The notes under the pieces: generated by a model
The model's input: the letters and a program-made list of their open reading frames with translations, nothing else
Told to the model about the DNA's origin: nothing
Database searches by the model: none
Translations under genes and position numbers: made by a program
Shown: in pieces, positions 25,137 to 37,742 of the stretch
How the letters are laid out: every line of letters begins with the position of its first letter
Numbering within the stretch: the stretch's first letter is position 1
Origin: Octopus sinensis
Taxonomy: Eukaryota
Assembly: GCF_006345805.1 (NCBI RefSeq)
Contig: NC_043017.1
Location: 4,774,001-4,838,000, forward strand
Length of the DNA: 64,000 nt
Direction of reading: 5' to 3'

Positions 25137-25528
25137 TCTGGCCACACTACAGTCGTCACGTGGTTCAAACCATGTCTTACATTTATCACAATCGCAGAAG
25201 CATGTTTTTACTGTCTCCTGTTCCACATTTCTCTCTGTTTCTTGAAAAAAAGAAAAAGAACCTAATCACTCCCACCTCTTCCTCTACACGCACACATACA
25301 TGTATACACACCACTCGCGCTCACTCCTATACGCAAACACGTATACACATGCACACATACGCGTATACACGCGCGTACATATACACAAATACATACATGT
25401 AAATACAGGCATACACACACGCACGCGCGCATTGCCACACCAATTCTGTCTGAGAATTAACGTAAAGACACGTATATGCGGAGTATTCGGTCACGTGCAC
25501 TATATCTTTCTAGCTATCTGTATGTTTA

Positions 25529-26095
25529 TTGGGTTGTCCGGAAAGTTTGTGCCGATTTTTAAAGAAAAGAAAAAGGTCAATAAATACTTGCCATTACATT
25601 TTTAATCAACCAAATATGAACCATTTTGTTGCACAATGCGTCTCCATCTTTCCTTTAACTTGAAAATACCATCTTCCCAGAATTGAGGTGGTTTCATGGC
25701 AAAGAATTCATCAAGGTATCTTTTTTACGTCATCCAAGGAATTGAAATTTTTATCATTAAGACTATTCTGCAGAGACCTGAATAAGTGGAAATCCGAAGG
25801 AGCAACATCTGGTGAATATGGAGGGTGGGGTAACACATCCCAGCCGAGCTGCAGCAATTTTTGTCTGGTTCCCAAAGCATCAAGTGCCGAAAATGAACTT
25901 TCTTATCTTCCATTTTAAAGGGTTATAGAATTAACACAGGTTATGGGAACATAAACCTTCTTCCACAAAAAGATAGCTTAAACTGTGCTCTAAATGGAGG
26001 TGTAGTCAAATCCTATTTTATGGACTCAACCATGTTCTAAAATAAGTCGAAAGGTAAGCTACTATAAATCGGCATGAACTTTCCGGACAATATAT
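25529..26095 (-). mobile_element. Internally deleted mariner (Mos1/DD34D-like) transposon
   Basis: TIRs ttgggttgtccggaaagtttgtgccgattt / aaatcggcatgaactttccggacaa. N-terminal MEDKKVHFRHLML is fused to C-terminal VLPHPPYSPDVAPSDFHLFRSLQNSL...KLKERWRRIVQQNGSY (YSPDLAP motif). Confidence 0.9.
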
Positions 26096-26111
26096 AACAT
26101 ACATACATACA

Positions 26112-26925
26112 GTTGTGGAAATCAGCTGCCCAGCGGATGTTAACATAAAGCTGAAATTCAGTGAAAAAGAGAATACCTACGCTGAACTATTGAGAAATCT
26201 GCAGTTATCCTATCCACATTGCTAGTTCAGGTTTATACCTGTAATTATTGGGGCACTGGGACATGTACACATTACCTAAATACCAATCTTGAGAAATTAG
26301 GCTTCTTAAAACCAGAGAGGAGAAAGCTGATTCGAAGACTACAGATCCAATCCATCACTGTAAAACATTCCAGAAGTTTATCATTTAAATATATATGAGC
26401 ATGTCTAGATATGCAAGTGTATGTATGAAAAGACATACATAAAGCAAAACAGACAAATTTGCACTTGTACATACATATATACACGCATGCATGCATACAC
26501 ACATATATACATATATACCCTGTTGATGTTGAAATTCAAATGGAAAAGCCTTGGATCTGAGTTAGAAACCGGTTCTTTCTCTATTTGCAAGAAATCTTGA
26601 AATAAAACTGAATAATGACTTACATATATGCATACATATCGAAGACTACAAATCCAATCCATCACTGGAACTGTAAAAATCTGTAAAACTTTTCAGAGGT
26701 TTATCATTTTAAGTATATATGAGCATATCTAGATATGCAAATATAGACATGAAAAGACATACGTAAAACAAAACATACAAATCTACACGTATTCATACAT
26801 ACATACATATATACATACCCTGTTGTTGATGCTGAAATTCCAATGAAAGGGTCTTGGATTTAGGTTAGAAACTGGTTCTTTCTGTTTTGGCAAGAAATCT
26901 TGAAATAAAACTGAATAATGACATA
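26112..26925 (+). mobile_element. Two tandem 5'-truncated copies of an R4/Dong-like RLE non-LTR retrotransposon
   Basis: 26112 onward translates VVEISCPADVNIKLKFSEKENTYAELLRNLQ..*FRFIPVIIGALG (restriction-like endonuclease C-terminus). The second copy from ~26640 reads RRLQIQSITGTVKICKTF. Both end in aataaaactgaataatgac, and (ATAC)n-like repeats lie at the 5' junction and between the copies. Confidence 0.7.
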
Positions 26926-27410
26926 TTATGAGGAAAGTAGTATAGCTAGACATAAAATAATCCGGAACAAGAGTGTTTATTTCGCTTAATTCACTTACAC
27001 ACTGAGGGCGAGTACGAAAATCTTCAGCCTCCTCTCCCTTCTCAGCGGACCAGCTCTCTAGCTAGCCCGCAGTGAATTTCCTGTCTACAGTTTGTCTGTT
27101 GTAGCCCATTGGCAGTGCCCTATAGTATCAATTAGGTTTATGGTCTTAATCGTAGTTGTCCTACCTACAGAGCATTGTAATAGCATTGTAGGGCCCCTAG
27201 GTAAATCAGTGCCCTGTAATATTTGACAGATAGCCACATCTTAAATCAGATGTCGGTCCCGAGATCCATAAGACTTCTGAACAAGTCAAGGAACAGGACC
27301 CTATATTTTGGGTGACAGCAAGCCAGAGCATACATGGATAAGAATTGGGGCCCTAGACATACGAGACCCCATCTGCAACCGTCCATTGTGCCAAAAACGG
27401 TACTTCCTAT

Positions 27411-27660
27411 CTACGATGTTTGATCACTGGATTCTTGTTAAATTTCATGCAACTATTTGAAGTTTTTTTTTTCTTCCTATATTCACCAGATTATTCTTTA
27501 AAAAATGTGTAGCTCTGACGCAGTTCTGCATGCTGATGACGAAAATCGCATGCATTAAATTACATCAGAGGTACACTTTCGAAAACAATCTGGTAAAAAT
27601 TTGAAAAACTTCAAATTGTTGGAAGGAATTTAACAAGATCCAACCATCTTCAACGACTGT
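27411..27660. mobile_element. Degenerate MITE with long inverted ends
   Basis: ggattcttgttaaatttc...tttgaagttttt...accagatt versus aatctggt...aaaaacttcaaa...gaatttaacaagatcc. Confidence 0.55.
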
Positions 27661-29471
27661 GCGTATGAGCATGTATGCATATATGTATGTATATAATGCA
27701 TGTATGTAATTCTTTGTATGTGTTTGTGTTCAGTTGTCCTTGACACACAAGCTAACTTCCATGCGAAGCTTTCGATGATGTCCCAACAAAACTAACGCCT
27801 GTGGAACGTTTTGAAAAGAAATTTCGCTTGTTTTTTAGTGAATAAAATATGTTCGTGCTAATTATATGCGCATGTGTTTGTAAACAAATAAGACAAGAAA
27901 TACAAGACTTCGTCTCATTAAAATACGAGGACTTGCAAATAGTTCTACACCCTACCGTTGTGTGTGGCGGGAAGAGTGCAATGTGTGTGTGTGAAGGAAT
28001 ATATTTTGCCTGTCTTTTTATTTGGCTTGTATCGTTTCAATCTTTTTTTTATTTTCGCTCTTATCTATTTCTCTTCTCACCCTTATAAGCATGGACACAA
28101 ACGTGTGTGTTTGTGTATGTATGTATGTATGTGTATGTATGTATGTATATTCTAGCTTCAACATGCGTTGTTAATTGGTTCCGAGACATGCGACTTAGCT
28201 CGATAAACGACGTAACACAAAAAATTTTTTTTAATCTTTATTAGCCTGTATCTGTTTTAATGGTTTCTACAGATTTTCTTTGAATTTGCGATTCAGGATT
28301 GGTTTACTCTTTTACTCTTTTACGTGTTTCAGTCATTTGACTGCGGTCATGCTGGAGCACCGCCTTTAGTCGAGCAAATCGACCCCCTCAGGACATATTC
28401 TTTGTAAGCCTAGTACTTATTCTGTCGGTCTCTTTTGCCGAACTAAGTTACGGGGACGTAAACACACCAGCATCGGTTGTCAACGTAACGACAGACGAAA
28501 TACCTATTTCTTTATTACCCACAAGGGGCTAAACACAGAGGGGGACAAACAAGGACAGACATAGGTATTAAGTCGATTACATCGGCCCCAGTGCGTAACT
28601 GGTACTTAATTTATCGACCCCGAAAGGGATGAAAGGCAAAGTCGACCTCGGCGGAATTTGAACTCAGAACGTAACGACAGACGAAATACCGCTAAGCATT
28701 TCGCCCGGCGTGCTAACGTTTCTGCTAGCATGCGGCGCCTGTGTGATGCATATATTTCTGAAAGCGAAATGGTGACGATAGCTTCGAAGTTTCACTGATC
28801 GTCTGCACCGATCGTCTGGAACTTGTTTAACTTGTAGATACTGTTTATGTGCGTGGGTTTTTTCTTATGGATGGCTGTTAAATACGATGTCGGAAGAATT
28901 AATTCTAGGGCAATTTTTCGGTATTCATACATGACGTCATATGTGTTCAGCAATTTACGACACATGCACACAAACGCACGTTCTTTTTGTTTTTCCTTTT
29001 TGTGTCATTAATTCTTTATTGCCCCCAAGGGGCTAAACAGAGAGGGTACAAACAAGGACAGACATAGGGATTAAGTCGATTACATCGACCCCAGTGCGTA
29101 ACTGGTACTTATTTAATCGACCATGAAAGGCAAAGTCGACCTTTTTGTATTATTACAACCGTTTTTGTCTTTTTTTACGATTCGTATATTTGCGTTTTTT
29201 CTTTTTAAATCTATTTTTCATGTTTTTTCCTCCTGTGCCTTGAAAGTTACACAACCACAAGGGTACTCTTTTTAAGCACCAGCTTTGCTAAAAATAAGTG
29301 TCAAAATACTCCAAAACCACAAAAATTAGCCCTAGATTTTCACAGGAATGATTGGAAAAAAACCCCAACTAAGTGAACAAAGGATATCATCTTACTTCTA
29401 CAAAATTGCAAGAAGGAATTTCAGTTAACTTGATATCATGATTTCAAATTAAGCCACTGTGTGTGTGTGTG

Positions 29472-29503
<32 letters not shown>

Positions 29504-29526
29504 ATGTATGTATGTATGTATGTATA

Positions 29527-29917
29527 CTAGCAGTATAGCCCAGCGTTGCCAGGGCTTGTTTTCTTTTCGACCCTTTAGAATTGGAATTTTTGAAAAGTAA
29601 AGATTTCGCATTATGTAGCTTGTTATTCTCTTTAAGTGAACATTTTTCTGGTTGAAATACACCGAAAAATAGCGACACACCAGTCAAAAAATCGTAAAAA
29701 ATAGGGATATTCATAGAAAAAAAAGAGCATCTTTTTGATGTGAATAATTTTTGGTGTTAACATGGTCCGATTTGAATTTTTTCTTCTACGGAATGAAGAG
29801 CAAGCCTTCTATCATACTCTCAATTTTGGTCAACTTGCGCCGTAGGTTTCTCGGGGGAGATAGTGTTAGTTGAAGGCTACCAAACCTGCCATACACAGAC
29901 AACTTCAGCTTTATATA

Positions 29918-29920
<3 letters not shown>
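29527..29920 (-). mobile_element. Non-autonomous Helitron
   Basis: Minus strand ends with the hairpin gccctggcaacgctgggc then CTAG-T. The 5' end tatataaagctgaagttgtctg is shared with copies at 40598-40715 and 48174-48449. Confidence 0.8.
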
Positions 29921-29983
<63 letters not shown>

Positions 29984-29994
29984 AGTGACCTAAT

Positions 29995-30480
29995 TAACTG
30001 TAGGGGCAGGTGTTCTTAGTGAATACTTGTCAGAATAAGAATGTTGTGGAAAAAGTTTAGGGGGCTGTTTATCTTTCTTGATAACAAAAGAGTTGTCTGT
30101 CAGAGTGAGGTTTAGATAGTATAAAGCTTGTATACGAAGTGTAACGGGGCATTGTAGTGAGATGTGGGCCTTGAATAGTGAAGGGCTTTGAATAGTCATG
30201 AATGGCTGGGCATAAAATTGAGCTAAGATTAAATCTAGATGCAAGAGATATCGGATCAGATGTGATGTGCAATAAGGAAGATTGTATTGGTATGGACATG
30301 TGAGGCATATGTCAGTTGCATAAAGAAGTGCCAAGAACTTAAAGTGCTGAGGACTTGTAGAAATCGGAAACCAAGAAAGGCGTGAGAAAATGTAGCAAAG
30401 ACTTATTTTATGATGCTAAATCTCACGAAAGTAAATGACAAAGGACTGTTATTTCTAGCAAAACTCAGTGATGCAGAGCA
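29995..30480. mobile_element. Decayed RTE-clade LINE fragments
   Basis: Plus strand ~30255-30400 gives a degenerate RRLYWYGHVRHM...CIKKCQELKV..RKPRK, typical of the RTE ORF C-terminus. Confidence 0.55.
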
Positions 30481-31252
30481 TCCACCTAACCCATCTTCAT
30501 TATCAATTAACATCCACTTTTTTTTCTATGCTTTTCTGGGTCAGACGGAATTCGTTGAGGCAGATTTTTTTTCCAGCTGGGTGCTGTTCCTGTTTCTGAA
30601 CATGGTGATGTTTCTAACCAAAGTAGTATTGTAACTGTTTTGAGATGCCACATTTTTCGTGGTTAGACCCGTTTTTCGGGGAACGGCTGGAGATGAACAA
30701 AGAAGATAAAAGGGGAAAAAAGGGAAAGAAAATTTACAGCGACAATGCTCCCCTCTAAACGTATGATGTTCCAGTTAAGACAATCTTTTGCATTTCCTGT
30801 ATGAATGGTAAACAGGGAATCGTTCTCAAATACTTTTCACTTCCTTTTTTGATCATTCCAAGAACTCCTACAACCATTGGTATTGAAGCCATCTTGAGAT
30901 GCCACATTTCTCATGGCTAGACATGTTTCTCAGGGAAAGGCTGGAGATGAACAATGCTGCTTGTACGATAATGATGCTTGTCTGCATCCATCATGTAATA
31001 TCTACCCAGGGATACGCATGTCCAGGCGGCTTTTAACTTCTGCCTACTGAATCCACTCGCAAGGTTTGGTTGGTATGAGGCCATAATAGGAGACACTTGC
31101 CCAAGGTGCCATGCTGTGGAATTGAACCCATGACCACATGATATATAAGCAAGCTTCACAGCTATGTAGACAATCTATTTTCTTTCCGCCACCTCACTCT
31201 CCATATTATATCACATGGAAACTAACTATGACTTAACTTTTCCTCTCACACC

Positions 31253-31307
31253 GTCTCCGATGAAGGAATATTATTATTAATTAATATCCGAGAAACAGCA
31301 GCAAGAC
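31253..31307 (+). ncRNA. Degenerate type I hammerhead motif in a third Penelope-like repeat
   Basis: gtct-CCGATGA-a-ggaatatta(ttattaat)taatatcc-ga-GAAAC-agca-gca-agac, with stem I gtct/agac and a long AT-rich stem II. The core is mutated. Confidence 0.45.
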
Positions 31308-31419
31308 CTATCTAAAAATGCTCGAATATCTACACAGCCTTGGTTTTTTTTATCTCATTACGCAAAAATTCATATATATACATATATACACACGCTGACA
31401 TAGAACCAACGTTGAACCC

Positions 31420-31771
31420 TTTATTCGCAATATTACCGAATCTGGAACTTAACTATGGTCAGTCTATAGTACTTATTCAGCATTACCTGATACTTTTGGG
31501 TCTCAATGACACCATTATCTCATAACCTCGACCCACGTGTACCCTTCATCTCTGCAAGCAGAAAAACGAATGTAAAAATGATGGACAGTTATGACAGTGG
31601 AGAGAGTATACAATATAACAACATTTGAATCTCTCTCTGTCTGTTAACTATGATGTCCTCATTAAGCTTCCATACACTGCCAGGAAGAAGACAGCCTCTC
31701 TTGTGCTGAAGTCGTGGTAAAGTGTATCCCGAACACTCTGTAACATGGTTAGTAACAGAAAGAGGATCCAC
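31420..31771 (-). other. Candidate terminal exon of a minus-strand transcript
   Basis: Acceptor tgtctgaatatcttcaacag| at 31772/31771, unique sequence, open frames (one is WILFLLLTMLQSVRDTLYHDFSTREAVFFLAVYGSLMRTS*, stop at 31648), and AATAAA at 31425-31420. Confidence 0.35.
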
Positions 31772-31801
31772 CTGTTGAAGATATTCAGACACAAGCTGTA
31801 A

Positions 31802-31910
31802 TCATCATCATCATCATCATCGTTTAACGTCCGTTTTCCATGCTAGCATGGGTTGGACGGTTCGACCGGGGTCTGGGAAGCCAGGAGGCTGCACCAGGCT
31901 CCAGTCTGAT
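31802..31910 (-). mobile_element. RTE-type 3' tail (SINE or LINE end) ending in (GAT)n
   Basis: Minus strand reads ccgtccaacccatgctagcatggaaaacggacgttaaacgatgatgat. Related ends at 61320-61545. Confidence 0.65.
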
Positions 31911-32205
31911 GTGTGTTGTAGTGTGTGTGTGGGTGTGTAGTACGGTGTGTGTGTGTGTGTGTAGTAAGTTGTGTGTGTGTGTGCGTAGTAAGTTGTGTGG
32001 GTGTGTAGTGAGTTGTATGTGTGGGTGTGTAGTAAGTTGTGTGTGTGTGCGTGCGTAGTAAGTTGTGTGGGTGTGTAGTGAGTTGTGTGTGTAGGTGTGT
32101 AGTGAGTTGTGAGTGTGGGCGTGTGGTAAGTTGTGTGTGGGTGTGTAGTGAGTGTGTATGTGGGTGTGCAGTGAGTTGTGGGCGTGTAGTAAGTTGTGTG
32201 TACAG
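31911..32205. repeat. Minisatellite (tgtgggtgtgtagt(g/a)agt)n
   Basis: About 13 degenerate units of ~20-22 bp. Confidence 0.85.
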
Positions 32206-32730
32206 TAGGCTGTATGCATACAGCATATATATATATATATATATACATGAGCAATATATGTCGTATAATGTCCTGTAATTAATCTGTGTATAGTAAAATG
32301 TTCATATGTAGCAAGCCGTGTGTTTACGATGTGTGTGTGTATGTAAGTAATAAGTCACATACATGTAGCAAGCTGTGTGTGTGTATAAGGTTGTGTGCTG
32401 TGTAAGCATGCATGTGTAAGATGTGCTTGTGTGTAATAAACTGTGTGTGTAATAAGGTGTGTGTATATATGTGTGTGTAATTAGTAAGCTGGGGTGTGTG
32501 TGGGGGGTGCTTGTAGTGTGTAAGTACTAAGTTATTCTTGGAATAATAAGTCTGCGAGAAGCAGGACAACAACCACATACCTGTATGGTTGTTGTCGGTG
32601 TTGTTGTCATTGCTGTCTGCATTCTTCGAGTCTCATTGTAAAAATAGACAAGAATACGGCTGCACCACATATATAAAATATTAATTTTGTGTGTGTTCAT
32701 GGATATTGTACTTCGATACGTATGTGTGTG

Positions 32731-32769
<39 letters not shown>

Positions 32770-33261
32770 GTATATGTATATGTATATATAGGTATATGTA
32801 TATATATGTATGTATATATATATATATATATACATACATATATATATATATATAGAACATATATACAGACATATATACATATATATAGAAACATATACAC
32901 GCGCACACACACACATACATATATACACACACACACACACTCATATTTGACAAACTAATACACCTATTCTTATACATACAGATACACATATATTATTAGG
33001 GAATGTTTGTATGTATGTACATGTGTGCATGAGTGTGTGTGTGTGTGTGTGTATTTATATATATTATGCATAGATATGTACACACACACACACACTAACA
33101 CACTAGACAAACTAATACAAGTTCACCTAATCTTGAATGTAATTATACACACATATCAGGGAATGTGTGTCTGTGTACAAGTGTGTGTTAGAGAACTTGA
33201 CAATGCTAAAAGTAGAAGAAAGACGAAGGGAAGTGGGTGTGGTTGGGAATGGGGGGATGAG

Positions 33262-33297
<36 letters not shown>

Positions 33298-33648
33298 AGG
33301 AGGGGATTTCTTTTTTGTTATTTGTTTTGGTGTTGTTTGTGTGTCTTTTAGTGAAAACAGAAAGCCACTGCTACTCCTAATAAATGTCAAGTACTTACCA
33401 TTTTCACCAGAATGTTTGCAGAAAGATTGGTGTCTATTTCCAGAAGCATCCAATGAATGCCATTGATTCTTGGACTGGACAGAATTCCTGCATTTCCATT
33501 CATGTAGAATTATTTCAGATGGCTGGCTGTGTCATTTCGGTGTCTTGGAGGTAGGGGAGGGGGAGGGCGAAACCAGCAAGAACAGCAGACAATATATATA
33601 TATATATAAAAATACATAAATCCAATATATATAAGTACATAAATCCAG

Positions 33649-33686
<38 letters not shown>

Positions 33687-34033
33687 ATATATATATACAT
33701 GAGCAATATATGTCGTATAATGTCCTGTAATTAATCTGTGTATAGTAAAATGTTCATATGTAGCAAGCCGTGTGTTTACGATGTGTGTGTGTATGTAAGT
33801 AATAAGTCACATACATGTAGCAAGCTGTGTGTGTGTATAAGGTTGTGTGCTGTGTAAGCATGCATGTGTAAGATGTGCTTGTGTGTAATAAACTGTGTGT
33901 GTAATAAGGTGTGTGTATATATGTGTGTGTAATTAGTAAGCTGTGGGTGTGTGTGGGGGGTGCTTGTAGTGTGTAAGTACTAAGTTATTCTTGGAATAAT
34001 AAGTCTGCGAGAAGCAGGACAACAACCACATAC

Positions 34034-34112
34034 CTGTATGGTTGTTGTCGGTGTTGTTGTCATTGCTGTCTGCATTCTTCGAGTCTCATTGTAAAAATAG
34101 ACAAGAATACGG
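34034..34112 (-). other. Candidate internal exon B (79 nt; duplicate at 32581-32659)
   Basis: gtgcag|CCGTATT...CATACAG|gtatgt. The acceptor is weak. Confidence 0.3.
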
Positions 34113-34257
34113 CTGCACCACATATATAAAATATTAATTTTGTGTGTGTTCATGGATATTGTACTTCGATACGTATGTGTGTGTATACACACACACACAC
34201 ACACACATATATATGTATATGTATATGTATATGTATATATAGGTATATGTATATATA

Positions 34258-34308
<51 letters not shown>

Positions 34309-34687
34309 GAACATATATACAGACATATATACATATATATAGAAACATATACACGCGCACACACACACACATACATATATACACAAACTAATACACCTAT
34401 TCTTATACATACAGATACACATATATTATTAGGGAATGTTTGTATGTATGTACATGTGTGCATGAGTGTGTGTGTGTGTGTGTGTATTTATATATATTAT
34501 GCATAGATATGTACACACACACTAACACACTAGACAAACTAATACAAGTTCACCTAATCTTGAATGTAATTATACACACATATCAGGGAATGTGTGTCTG
34601 TGTACAAGTGTGTGTTAGAGAACTTGACAATGCTAAAAGTAGAAGAAAGACGAAGGAAGTGGGTGTGGTTGGGAATGGGGGGATGAG

Positions 34688-34723
<36 letters not shown>

Positions 34724-34823
34724 AGGAGGGGATTTCTTTTTTGTTATTTGTTTTGGTGTTGTTGTGTGTCTTTTAGTGAAAACAGAAAGCCACTGCTACT
34801 CCTAATAAATGTCAAGTACTTAC

Positions 34824-34969
34824 CATTTTCACCAGAATGTTTGCAGAAAGATTGGTGTCTATTTCCAGAAGCATCCAATGAATGCCATTGATTCTTGGAC
34901 TGGACAGAATTCCTGCATTTCCATTCATGTAGAATTATTTCAAGATGGCTGGCTGTGTCATTTCGGTGT
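34824..34969 (-). other. Candidate internal exon A (146 nt; duplicate at 33399-33543 with 1-nt deletion)
   Basis: Pyrimidine-rich acceptor ...cgccctccccctacctccaag|, consensus donor AATG|gtaagt, and one open frame HRNDTASHLEIILHEWKCRNSVQSKNQWHSLDASGNRHQSFCKHSGEN. Confidence 0.4.
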
Positions 34970-35071
34970 CTTGGAGGTAGGGGGAGGGCGAAACCAGCAA
35001 GAACAGCAGACAATATATATATATATATATAAAAATACATAAATCCAATATATATAAGTACATAAATCCAG

Positions 35072-35102
<31 letters not shown>

Positions 35103-35435
35103 CTAATTCTTCAGTGATTCTAAGATTAGACTCAAAGAAAATTGGAAAGAGAAAAACCAATTTCTTTTGATTAAGCTGAATATCAGTTTAACTATGAGAA
35201 TGGACTGAAGATTTTTTTTTCCTCTTTTGAGGAAAATAGTGGCAGAACCATTGACCTTTTTTTTTTTTTATTATTTTTAAAGAACTTCTGCATAACAGGT
35301 CAAAGGAAGGGATGTTTGTAAGTGTGAACCTGTTGAAGGTATTGGCCATGGGCCAAGTGATGGCATTAACATATAAGTGTTCCTTATTTTATAAGGACCA
35401 GGTGATGGCATTAACATATAACTGCTCCTTATTTT

Positions 35436-35719
35436 ATAAGTCAGAAAACAGTACAGCTCCCATGACTTTCGGAAACATTTTTTCACACTAAGAGTTGCTG
35501 TAGTATGGAACAAACTGCCGGCATCAGTTGTATCCTTCAAAACTTCCATGCTTCCTGAGATTCGCCAACACTACACCTAATTTTCTCCCCTCCATACACA
35601 CGCAAGCATGTATCTGATTTATACATTGTTCACTTTCCAGACATTTGTACATTACTGTATATGCTTTATTATGTACCTTTGACAAGTTGTGCTGCACCTG
35701 AGCACTGTATACAATAATT

Positions 35720-35762
<43 letters not shown>

Positions 35763-35787
35763 GATTATTATTATTATTATTATTATA
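35436..35787 (+). mobile_element. CR1-group LINE 3' end
   Basis: Translates SSHDFRKHFFTLRVAVVWNKLPASVV, matching the CR1/L2 C-terminal FF..RV...WN.LP motif. Followed by a 3' UTR and (ATT)n tail. Confidence 0.8.
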
Positions 35788-36491
35788 ATATAATGTATTT
35801 TGATTAAAATGAGCTTGGATAAATATCAATAAGAAAATACAAAGGCAAGTTGAAATTGACTACACGGCAACATTTATTTCTGTCGCTAAAGTGAATACAT
35901 CAACTGGCACAACAAATGGAACTCTGTCAAAAAATCTTTACATGGTTTCACTATGTTTCTTGAAGTTGAAGTGTTAGAAGAAATACAAAACAGAGCATCA
36001 AAGGGTCTTGTTACAAATCTCTCCTTGCTGAAACTGCAAATTGGTAAAAAAAGAAGCCAATCTTATATTGAAGATCAAAGCTCACTCATAACAAACTCGC
36101 CTCCCTCAGGAATTAGTAGGAAAATTGTCCACTGCACTGATGATGGCAGGTTTTGGTTACATAAAACATGGCATCCAGAAATAGAAGTTTTACAGCTTGT
36201 ATGGCAGTTCTCTTGACCAAAATATAAAGAATTATATTTTCAACTGATTTGGAAGAAAGTAATGTTGAAGTAAGGTGCTCATATATCTTTTATCTTTTAT
36301 TTGTTTCAGTCATTAGACTGTGGCCATGCTGGGGCACTGCCTTCAAGAATTTTTAGTCAAATGAATTGCCTTAGTACTTATTTTCTTTTTAGAAGCTGAT
36401 ACTTATTTTATTGATATCTTTTGCTGAACTGCTAAGTTACGGGATGTAAACACACCAGCACCAATTGTCAAGTGGTGGTGGGGGACAGGCA

Positions 36492-36541
<50 letters not shown>

Positions 36542-37119
36542 AAGGTTTCTTTTAGTTTCTGTCTACCAAATCCTCTCACAAGGCTTTGGTTGGCTCAAGG
36601 CTGTAGTAGAAAATACTTATCCAAAGTGCCATGCAGTGGGACTGGTCCCAGAACCATGTGCTTAGGAAGCAAGCTTCTTATTTCTTTATTGTCCACAGGG
36701 GGCTAAACATAGAGGGGACAAACAAGGACAGACAAAGGGATTAAGTCGATTACATCGAACCCCAGTGCGTAACTGGTACTTAATTTATCGACCCTGAAAG
36801 GATGATGAAAGGCAAAGTCGGCCTCGGAAGATTTTGAACTCAGAATGTAACAGCAGACAAAATACCGCAAAGCATTTTGCCCGGCATGCTAACGATTCTA
36901 CCAGCTTGATCAAAACTTAAAGATTGTAACGAAAAGTGAAAAAAGAAAGCTACGACTGTTTTTGCAACGATAATATTTCACGTTGAATCAACAACCATTC
37001 ATGCATTATTGTAATAATAACATGAGAAAAAGTGCTTTCAACTCTGTCAGTATACAAGAGGCCCTCAAAAAACTTTGTGATTAAAGTGGCCAGCATTGTA
37101 ATTGAGTTGGCCAGGCCTG

Positions 37120-37742
37120 GTCTTGACAGAGTAATCTGAATGCTAAAGGGTCAACATTTAAACCAGCTGCATGTGGCCCAAATATTCTACCTGTCTTATG
37201 TTCAAACTGATCATGTCTGACCTCTCACACCTACCCTACAATGTCATTCTAAAACTATAATCATATCATTGAAAATTTGAAGCTATGAGGTAAAGCATGA
37301 TTAATTCAAAGCCATGTAAATAAATAAGCAGAACATTTGACAAGAGAATAATCCGAATTCTAAAGGGTTAATCCAGCATTATCTCATAGCTTCGAAATTT
37401 CAGTGATGTATTTGTTTATTTTTATAATGGAATTGTAGGGTAGGTGAGAGAGGCCAAATCTGGATAGCTTAACACGAGGTGGAATATTTGAACCTAATAT
37501 GGCTGCCTTTAATGTTAAACCTTCAGCTTTCAGATTATACTGTCAAATGTATTACTTATAGAGTCATACTGTTTTTAATTAATCATGCATAATTTTGTAG
37601 CTTTGAGATTCCAATGATGTGACTGTTTGCTTTTAGAATGACATTGTAAGGTAAGTGTAAGAGGCTAGATCTGGTCATTTTAAACACAAAACACATAGAA
37701 TATTTGGACTGGATATGGTTGACTTAAATGCTAAAGGGTTAA
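37120..37742. mobile_element. Cluster of piggyBac-like MITEs in alternating orientation
   Basis: Termini ...aatgctaaaggg|ttaa (37742, 37371) fit a TTAA target and CCC...GGG ends. Other copies at 40434-40595 and split at 55823-55907 / 57350-57490. Confidence 0.7.

Larger units (their letters stand above)
32226..35098. repeat. ~1.43-1.45 kb near-identical tandem duplication
   Basis: 32226-~33679 matches ~33680-35098, bounded by (TA)n. The differences I found are indels. Confidence 0.95.

Noticed and set aside
27528-27556. CTGATGA followed by CGAAA (hammerhead-like words)
   Set aside because: No stem II between the boxes, and it lies at the centre of a DNA-type MITE.
35953-36216. 87-aa plus-strand ORF in unique sequence
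   Set aside because: No recognisable domain. The opposite strand looks more like a 3' UTR ending in AATAAA.
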